DNA of 64,000 bases. It comes from Antedon mediterranea. Lineage: Eukaryota > Animalia > Echinodermata. Each line of letters opens with the position of its first letter. Positions within the stretch are counted from its first letter, which is position 1. This document shows, piece by piece, positions 1 to 9,950 of the stretch. The notes under the pieces are model-generated. The model did no database searches. It saw only the letters and a program-made list of their open reading frames with translations, and was not told the origin of the DNA. The translations under genes and the position numbers were made by a program. The stretch covers positions 27,888,388 to 27,952,387 of the forward strand of contig NC_092670.1 of assembly GCF_964355755.1 (NCBI RefSeq), in the 5' to 3' direction.

Positions 1-1396
1 TTTTGTGTGAAAAGTTTTATCGAAATGCTCAAAATGGTCTAAAACGGTTTCTAATGTGATTTTAAGCACTTTGGTGTTTTTATGTTAACAAGTTTTTTCG
101 AAAATCACAAAATGGTCTAAAATGTCTCCAAATGCGATTTGAAGCTTTTCTAAGCACTTTGGTGTTTTTATGTTAACAAGTTTTTTCGAAAATCACAAAA
201 TGGTCTAAAACGTCTCCAAATGTGATTTGAAGCTATTCTAAACACTTTGGTGTTTTTATGTTAACAAGTTTTTTCGAAAATCACAAATTGGTCTAAAACG
301 TCTCCAAATGCGATTTTAAGCTATTTTAAGCACTTTGGTGTTTTTGTGTAACCAAGTTTTTTCGAAAATCACAAAAGGGTCTAAAATGTCTCAAAATGCG
401 ATTTGAAGCTATTCTGTACACTTTGATGTTTTTTTGTTAACAAGTTTTTTCGAAAGTCACAAAATGGTCTAAAAAGTCTCCAAATGCGATTTGAAGCTAT
501 TCTAAGCACTTTGGTGTTTTTATGTTAACAAGTTTTATCGAAAATCACAAAATGGTGTAAAACGTCTCCAAATGCGATTTGAAGCTATTCTAAGCACTTT
601 GGTGTTTTTATGTTAACAAGTTTTTTTCGAAAATCACAAAATGGTGTAAAACGTCTCCAAATGCGATTTTAAGCTATTCTAAGCAATTTGGTGTTTTTAT
701 GTTAACAAGTTTTTTCGAAAATCACAAAATGGTCTAAAACGTCTCCAAATGCGATTTGAAGCTATTCTGTACACTTTGCTGTTTTGTGAGAATAATTTTT
801 GTCGAAATGCTCAAAATGGTCAAAAACGTTTTTAAATACGATATTAAGCTATTTTGTGCTCTTTGATGTTTTTGTGTAAAAAGTTTTATCGAAATGCTCA
901 AAATGGTCTAAAACGGTTTCTAATGTGATTTTAAGCACTTTGATGTTTTTATGTTAACAACTTTTTTAGAAAATTACAAAATGGTGTAAAACGTCTCCAA
1001 ATGCGATTTGAAGCTATTCTAAGCAATTTCGTGTTTTTATGTTAACAAGTTTTTTCGAAAATCACAAAATGGTCTAAAACGTCTCCAAATGCGATTTGAA
1101 GCTATTCTAAGCACTTTTGTGTTTTTATGTTAACAAGTTTTTTCGAAAATCACAAAATGGTCTAAAATGTCTCCAAATGCGATTTTAAGGTATTCTAAGC
1201 ACTTTGGTGTTTTTATGTTAACAAGTTTTTTCGAAAATCACAAAATGGTCTAAAACGTCTACAAATGCGATTTGAAGCTATTCTAAGCACTTTGGTGTTT
1301 TTATGTTAACAAGTTTTTTCGAAAATTACAAAATGGTATAAAACGTCTCCAAATGCGATTTGAAGATTTTCTAAGCACTTTGGTGTTTTTATGTTT

Positions 1397-2648
1397 ACAA
1401 GTTTTTTCGAAAATCACAAAATGGTCTAAAACGTCTCCAAATGCGATTTGAAGCTATTCTGTACACTTTGCTGTTTTGTGTGAATAATTTTGTCAAAATG
1501 CTCAAAATGGTCAAAAACGTTTTTAAATACTATATTAAGCTATTTTGTGTTCTTTGATGTTTTTGTGTGAAAAGTTTTATCGAAATGCTCAAAATGGTCT
1601 AAAACGGTTTCTAATGAAATGATTTTAAGAACTTTGATGTTTTTATGTTAACAACTTTTTTAGAAAATCACAAAATGGTCTAAAACGTCTCCAAATGCGA
1701 TTTGAAGCAATTCTAAGCACTTTGGTGTTTTTATGTTAACAAGTTTTTTCGAAAATCACAAAATGGTATAAAACCTCTCCAAATGCGATTTTAAGGTATT
1801 CTAAGCACTTTGGTGTTTTTATGTTAACAAGTTTTTTCGAAAATCACAAAATGGTCTAAAACGTCTACAAATGCGATTTGAAGCTATTCTAAGCACTTTG
1901 GTGTTTTTATGTTAACAAGTTTTTTCGAAAATCACAAAATGGTATAAAACGTCTCCAAATGAGATTTTAAGGTATTCTAAGCACTTTGGTGTTTTTATGT
2001 TAACAAGTTTTTTCGAAAATCACAAAATGGTCTAAAACGTCTCCAAATGCGATTTGAAGCTATTCTGTACACTTTGCTGTTTTGTGTGAATAATTTTGTC
2101 AAAATGCTCAAAATGGTCAAAAACGTTTTTAAATACTATATTAAGCTATTTTGTGTTCTTTCATGTTTTTGTGTGAAAAGTTTTATCGAAATGCTCAAAA
2201 TGGTCTAAAACGGTTTCTAATGAAATGATTTTAAGAACTTTGATGTTTTTATGTTAACAACTTTTTTAGAAAATCACAAAATGGTCTAAAACGTCTCCAA
2301 ATGCGATTTGAAGCAATTCTAAGCACTTTGGTGTTTTTATGTTAACAAGTTTTTTCGAAAATCACAAAATGGTATAAAACCTCTCCAAATGCGATTTTAA
2401 GGTATTCTAAGCACTTTGGTGTTTTTATGTTAACAAGTTTTTTCGAAAATCACAAAATGGTCTAAAACGTCTACAAATGCGATTTGAAGCTATTCTAAGC
2501 ACTTTGGTGTTTTTATGTTAACAAGTTTTTTCGAAAATAACAAAATGGTATAAAACGTCTCCAAATGAGATTTTAAGGTATTCTAAGCACTTTGGTGTTT
2601 TTATGTTAACAAGTTTTTTCGAAAATCACAAAATGGTCTAAAACGTCT
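1397..2648 (+). repeat. 606-bp tandem duplication (variant BC plus 5 A monomers)
   Basis: Variant dimers at 1461 and 2067 (offset 606), each followed by the same marker order aacctctcc, ctacaaa, gagatttt. Two mismatches seen (near 2162 and 2539). Confidence 0.82.
1461..1626 (+). repeat. Variant 166-bp BC dimer (B minus 1 T, C plus aaa); 10 copies
   Basis: gaataattttgtcaaaa is linked to ctaatgaaatgatt..aagaac. B starts at 1461, 2067, 6913, 10814, 18948, 25506, 49876, 55229, 57407, 59309. Confidence 0.88.
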
Positions 2649-4760
2649 ACAAATGCGATTTGAAGCTATTCTAAGCACTTTGGTGTTTTTATGTTAACAA
2701 GTTTTTTCGAAAATCACAAAATGGTATAAAACGTCTCCAAATGCGATTTTAAGCTATTCTAAGCAATTTGGTGTTTTTATGTTAACAAGTTTTTTCGAAA
2801 ATCACAAAATGGTCGAAAATGTCACAAAATGCGATTTGAAGCTATTCTAAGCACTTTGGTGTTATTATGTTAACAAGTTTTTTCGAAAATCACAAATTGG
2901 TCTAAAACGTCTCCAAATGCGATTTGAAGCTATTTTAAGCACTTTGGTGTTTTTGTGTAACCAAGTTTTTTCGAAAATCACAAAAGGGTCTAAAATGTCT
3001 CAAAATGCGATTTGAAGCTATTCTGTACACTTTGATGTTTTTTTGTTAACAAGTTTTTTCGAAAGTCACAAAATGGTCTAAAACGTCTCCAAATGCGATT
3101 TGAAGCTATTCTAAGCACTTTGGTGTTTTTATGTTAACAAGTTTTTTCGAAAATCACAAAATGGTGTAAAACGTCTCCAAATGCGATTTGAAGCTATTCT
3201 AAGCACTTTGGTGTTTTTATGTTAACAAGTTTTTTCGAAAATCACAAAATGGTGTAAAACTTCTCCAAATACGATTTTAAGCTATTCTAAGCAATTTGGT
3301 GTTTTTATGTTAACAAGTTTTTTCGAAAATCACAAAATGGTCTAAAACGTCTCCAAATGCGATTTGAAGTTATTCTGTACACTTTGCTGTTTTGTGAGAA
3401 TAATTTTTGTCGAAATGCTCAAAATGGTCAAAAACGTTTTTAAATACGATATTAAGCTATTTTGTGCTCTTTGATGTTTTTGTGTGAAAAGTTTTATCGA
3501 AATGCTCAAAATGGTCTAAAACGGTTTCTAATGTGATTTTAAGCACTTTGGTGTTTTTATGTTAACAAGTTTTTTCGAAAATCACAAAATGGTCTAAAAC
3601 GTCTCCAAATGTGATTTGAAGCTATTCTAAACACTTTGGTGTTTTTATGGTAACAAGTTTTTTCGAAAATCACAAATTGGTCTAAAACGTCTCCAAATGC
3701 GATTTGAAGCTATTTTAAGCACTTTGGTGTTTTTGTGTAACCAAGTTTTTTCGAAAATCACAAAAGGGTCTAAAATGTCTCAAAATGCGATTTGAAGCTA
3801 TTCTGTACACTTTGATGTTTTTTTGTTAACAAGTTTTTTCGAAAGTCACAAAATGGTCTAAAACGTCTCCAAATGCGATTTGAAGCTATTCTAAGCACTT
3901 TGGTGTTTTTATGTTAACAAGTTTTTTCGAAAATCACAAAATGGTGTAAAACGTCTCCAAATGCGATTTGAAGCTATTCTAAGCACTTTGGTGTTTTTAT
4001 GTTAACAAGTTTTTTCGAAAATCACAAAATGGTGTAAAACTTCTCCAAATACGATTTTAAGCTATTCTAAGCAATTTGGTGTTTTTATGTTAACAAGTTT
4101 TTTCGAAAATCACAAAATGGTCTAAAACGTCTCCAAATGCGATTTGAAGCTATTCTGTACACTTTGCTGTTTTGTGTGAATAATTTTTGTTGAAATGCTC
4201 AAAATGGTCAAAAACGTTTTTAAATACTATATTAAGCTATTTTGTGTTCTTTGATGTTTTTGTGTGAAAAGTTTTATCGAAATGCTCAAAATGGTCTAAA
4301 ACGGTTTCTAATGTGATTTTAAGCACTTTGATGTTTTTATGTTAATAACTTTTTTAGAAAATCACAAAATGGTCTAAAACGTCTCCAAATGCGATTTGAA
4401 GCAATTCTAAGCACTTTGGTGTTTTTATGTTAACAAGTTTTTTCGAAAATCACAAAATGGTATAAAACGTCTCCAAATGCGATTTTAAGGTATTCTAAGC
4501 ACTTTGGTGTTTTTATGTTAACAACTTTTTTAGAAAATCACAAAATGGTCTAAAACGTCTCCAAATGCGATTTGAAGCAATTCTAAGCACTTTGGTGTTT
4601 TTATGGTAACGAGTTATTTCGAAAATCACAAAATGGTCTAAAACGTCTCCAAATGCGATTTGAAGCAATTCTAAGCACTTTGGTGTTTTTATGGTAACGA
4701 GTTATTTCGAAAATCACAAAATGGTCTAAAACGTCTCCAAATGCGATTTGAAGCTATTCT

Positions 4761-4847
4761 GTACACTTTGCTGTTTTGTGTGAATAATTTTTGTTGAAAT
4801 GCTCAAAATGGTCAAAAACGTTTTTAAATACTATATTAAGCTATTTT
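4761..4847 (+). repeat. Representative B-type monomer (87 bp), about 76% identical to A
   Basis: Family consensus gtacactttgctgttttgtgtgaataatttttgtcgaaatgctcaaaatggtcaaaaacgtttttaaatacgatattaagctatttt aligns colinearly to A with about 21 differences including one gap (manual alignment). Confidence 0.93.
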
Positions 4848-4924
4848 GTGTTCTTTGATGTTTTTGTGTGAAAAGTTTTATCGAAATGCTCAAAATGGTC
4901 TAAAACGGTTTCTAATGTGATTTT
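4848..4924 (+). repeat. Representative C-type monomer (77 bp), lacking the terminal 10 bp of A
   Basis: gtg(c/t)tctttgatgtttttgtgtgaaaagttttatcgaaatgctcaaaatggtctaaaacggtttctaatgtgatttt is followed directly by aagcac. It always follows B. Confidence 0.93.
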
Positions 4925-5792
4925 AAGCACTTTGATGTTTTTATGTTAATAACTTTTTTAGAAAATCACAAATTGGTCTAAAACGTCTCCAAATGCGATT
5001 TGAAGCTATTTTAAGCACTTTGGTGTTTTTGTGTAACCAAGTTTTTTCGAAAATCACAAAAGGGTCTAAAATGTCTCAAAATGCGATTTGAAGATATTCT
5101 GTACACTTTGATGTTTTTATGTTAACAACTTTTTTAGAAAATCACAAAATGGTCTAAAACGTCTCCAAATGCGATTTGAAGCAATTCTAAGCACTTTGGT
5201 GTTTTTATGGTAACGAGTTTTTTTGAATATCACAAAATGGTCTAAAATGTCTCCAAATGCGATTTGAAGCTTTTTTAAGCACTTTGGTGTTTTTATGTTA
5301 ACAAGTTTTTTCGAAAATCACAAAATGGTCTAAAACGTCTCCAAATGCGATTTGAAGCTATTCTGTACACTTTGCTGTTTTGTGTGAATAATTTTTGTCG
5401 AAATGCTCAAAATGGTCAAAAACGTTTTTAAATACGATATTAAGCTATTTTGTGCTCTTTGATGTTTTTGTGTGAAAAGTTTTATCGAAATGCTCAAAAT
5501 GGTCTAAAACGGTTTCTAATGTGATTTTAAGCACTTTGATGTTTTTATGTTAACAACTTTTTTAGAAAATCACAAAATGGTCTAAAACGTCTCCAAATGC
5601 GATTTGAAGCAATTCTAAGCACTTTGGTGTTTTTATGGTAACGAGTTTTTTTGAATATCACAAAATGGTCTAAAACTTCTCCAAATGCGATTTGAAGCTT
5701 TTCTAAGCACTTTGGTGTTTTTATGTTTACAAGTTTTTTCGAAAATCACAAAATGGTCTAAAACGGCTCCAAATACGATTTGAAGCTATTCT

Positions 5793-5880
5793 AAGCACTT
5801 TGGTGTTTTTATGTTAACAAGTTTTTTCGAAAATCACAAAATGGTCTAAAACGTCTCCAAATGCGATTTGAAGCTATTCT
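5793..5880 (+). repeat. Representative A-type monomer (88 bp)
   Basis: Consensus-like copy; 28 of 88 bases are G+C. Contains palindromes tgttaaca and ttttcgaaaa and three CpGs. Confidence 0.95.
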
Positions 5881-8800
5881 AAGCACTTTGGTGTTTTTAT
5901 GTTAACAAGTTTTTTCGAAAATCACAAAATGGTGTAAAACGTCTCCAAATGCGATTTGAAGCTATTCTAAGCAATTTTGTGTTTTTATGTTAACAAGTTT
6001 TTTCGAAAATCACAAAATGGTCTAAAACGTCTCCAAATGCGATTTGAAGCTATTCTAAGCACTTTTGTGTTTTTATGTTAACAAGTTTTTTCGAAAATCA
6101 CAAAATGGTCTAAAATGTCTCAAAATGCGATTTGAAGCTATTCTGTACACTTTGCTGTTTTGTGTGAATAATTTTTGTCAAAATGCTCAAAATGGTCAAA
6201 AACGTTTTTAAATACTATATTAAGCTATTTTGTGTTCTTTGATGTTTTTGTGTGAAAAGTTTTTTCGAAATGCTCAAAATGGTCTAAAACGGTTTCTAAT
6301 GTGATTTTAAGCACTTTGATGTTTTTATGTTAACAACTTTTTTAGAAAATTACAAAATGGTCTAAAACGTCTCCAAATGCGATTTGAAGCAATTCTAAGC
6401 ACTTTGGTGTTTTTATGTTAACAAGTTTTTTCGAAAATCACAAAATGGTCTAAAACGTCTCCAAATGCGATTTGAAGCTATTCTGTACACTTTGCTGTTT
6501 TGTGTGAATAATTTTTGTTGAAATGCTCAAAATGGTCAAAAACGTTTTTAAATACGATATTAAGCTATTTTGTGCTCTTTGATGTTTTTGTGTGAAAAGT
6601 TTTATCGAAATGCTCAAAATGGTCTAAAACGGTTTCTAATGTGATTTTAAGCACTTTGGTGTTTTTATGTTAACAAGTTTTTTCAAAAATCACAAAATGG
6701 TCTAAAATGTCTACAAATGCGATTTGAAGCTATTCTAAGCACTTTGGTGTTTTTATGTTAACAAGTTTTTTCGAAAATTACAAAATGGTATAAAACGTCT
6801 CCAAATGCGATTTGAAGATTTTCTAAGCACTTTGGTGTTTTTATGTTTACAAGTTTTTTCGAAAATCACAAAATGGTCTAAAACGTCTCCAAATGCGATT
6901 TGAAGCTATTCTGTACACTTTGCTGTTTTGTGTGAATAATTTTGTCAAAATGCTCAAAATGGTCAAAAACGTTTTTAAATACTATATTAAGCTATTTTGT
7001 GTTCTTTGATGTTTTTGTGTGAAAAGTTTTATCGAAATGCTCAAAATGGTCTAAAACGGTTTCTAATGAAATGATTTTAAGAACTTTGATGTTTTTATGT
7101 TAACAACTTTTTTAGAAAATCACAAAATGGTCTAAAACGTCTCCAAATGCGATTTGAAGCAATTCTAAGCACTTTGGTGTTTTTATGTTAACAAGTTTTT
7201 TCGAAAATCACAAAATGGTATAAAACCTCTCCAAATGCGATTTTAAGGTATTCTAAGCACTTTGGTGTTTTTATGTTAACAAGTTTTTTCGAAAATCACA
7301 AAATGGTCTAAAACGTCTACAAATGCGATTTGAAGCTATTCTAAGCACTTTGGTGTTTTTATGTTAACAAGTTTTTTCGAAAATCACAAAATGGTATAAA
7401 ACGTCTCCAAATGAGATTTTAAGGTATTCTAAGCACTTTGGTGTTTTTATGTTAACAAGTTTTTTCGAAAATCACAAAATGGTCTAAAACGTCTACAAAT
7501 GCGATTTGAAGCTATTCTAAGCACTTTGGTGTTTTTATGTTAACAAGTTTTTTCGAAAATCACAAAATGGTATAAAACGTCTCCAAATGCGATTTTAAGC
7601 TATTCTAAGCAATTTGGTGTTTTTATGTTAACAAGTTTTTTCGAAAATCACAAAATGGTCGAAAATGTCACAAAATGCGATTTGAAGCTATTCTAAGCAC
7701 TTTGGTGTTATTATGTTAACAAGTTTTTTCGAAAATCACAAATTGGTCTAAAACGTCTCCAAATGCGATTTGAAGCTATTTTAAGCACTTTGGTGTTTTT
7801 GTGTAACCAAGTTTTTTCGAAAATCACAAAAGAGTCTAAAATGTCTCAAAATGCGATTTGAAGCTATTCTTTACACTTTGATGTTTTTATGTTAACAACT
7901 TTTTTAGAAAATCACAAAATGGTCTAAAACGTCTCCAAATGCGATTTGAAGCAATTCTAAGCACTTTGGTGTTTTTATGGTAACGAGTTTTTTTGAATAT
8001 CACAAAATGGTCTAAAATGTCTCCAAATGCGATTTGAAGCTTTTCTAAGCACTTTGGTGTTTTTATGTTAACAAGTTTTTTCGAAAATCACAAAATGGTC
8101 TAAAACGTCTCCAAATGCGATTTGAAGCTATTCTGTACACTTTGCTGTTTTGTGTGAATAATTTTTGTCGAAATGCTCAAAATGGTCAAAAACGTTTTTA
8201 AATACGATATTAAGCTATTTTGTGCTCTTTGATGTTTTTGTGTGAAAAGTTTTATCGAAATGCTCAAAATGGTCTAAAACGGTTTCTAATGTGATTTTAA
8301 GCACTTTGATGTTTTTATGTTAACAACTTTTTTAGAAAATCACAAAATGGTCTAAAACGTCTCCAAATGCGATTTGAAGCAATTCTAAGCACTTTGGTGT
8401 TTTTATGGTAACGAGTTTTTTTGAATATCACAAAATGGTCTAAAACGTCTCCAAATGCGATTTGAAGCTTTTCTAAGCACTTTGGTGTTTTTATGTTTAC
8501 AAGTTTTTTCGAAAATCACAAAATGGTCTAAAACGGCTCCAAATACGATTTGAAGCTATTCTAAGCACTTTGGTGTTTTTATGTTAACAAGTTTTTTCGA
8601 AAATCACAAAATGGTCTAAAACGTCTCCAAATGCGATTTGAAGCTATTCTAAGCACTTTGGTGTTTTTATGTTAACAAGTTTTTTCGAAAATCACAAAAT
8701 GGTGTAAAACGTCTCCAAATGCGATTTGAAGCTATTCTAAGCAATTTTGTGTTTTTATGTTAACAAGTTTTTTCGAAAATCACAAAATGGTCTAAAACGT

Positions 8801-9950
8801 CTCCAAATGCGATTTGAAGCTATTCTAAGCACTTTTGTGTTTTTATGTTAACAAGTTTTTTCGAAAATCACAAAATGGTCTAAAATGTCTCAAAATGCGA
8901 TTTGAAGCTATTCTGTACACTTTGCTGTTTTGTGTGAATAATTTTTGTCAAAATGCTCAAAATGGTCAAAAACGTTTTTAAATACTATATTAAGCTATTT
9001 TGTGTTCTTTGATGTTTTTGTGTGAAAAGTTTTTTCGAAATGCTCAAAATGGTCTAAAACGGTTTCTAATGTGATTTTAAGCACTTTGATGTTTTTATGT
9101 TAACAACTTTTTTAGAAAATTACAAAATGGTCTAAAACGTCTCCAAATGCGATTTGAAGCAATTCTAAGCACTTTGGTGTTTTTATGTTAACAAGTTTTT
9201 TCGAAAATCACAAAATGGTCTAAAACGTCTCCAAATGCGATTTGAAGCTATTCTGTACACTTTGCTGTTTTGTGTGAATAATTTTTGTTGAAATGCTCAA
9301 AATGGTCAAAAACGTTTTTAAATACGATATTAAGCTATTTTGTGCTCTTTGATGTTTTTGTGTGAAAAGTTTTATCGAAATGCTCAAAATGGTCTAAAAC
9401 GGTTTCTAATGTGATTTTAAGCACTTTGGTGTTTTTATGTTAACAAGTTTTTTCGAAAATCACAAAATGGTCTAAAATGTCTCCAAATGCGATTTGAAGC
9501 TTTTCTAAGCACTTTGGTGTTTTTATGTTAACAAGTTTTTTCGAAAATCACAAAATGGTCTAAAACGTCTCCAAATGTGATTTGAAGCTATTCTAAACAC
9601 TTTGGTGTTTTTATGTTAACAAGTTTTTTCGAAAATCACAAATTGGTCTAAAACGTCTCCAAATGCGATTTGAAGCTATTTTAAGCACTTTGGTGTTTTT
9701 GTGTAACCAAGTTTTTTCGAAAATCACAAAAGGGTCTAAAATGTCTCAAAATGCGATTTGAAGCTATTCTGTACACTTTGATGTTTTTTTGTTAACAAGT
9801 TTTTTCGAAAGTCACAAAATGGTCTAAAAAGTCTCCAAATGCGATTTGAAGCTATTCTAAGCACTTTGGTGTTTTTATGTTAACAAGTTTTATCGAAAAT
9901 CACAAAATGGTGTAAAACGTCTCCAAATGCGATTTGAAGCTATTCTAAGC

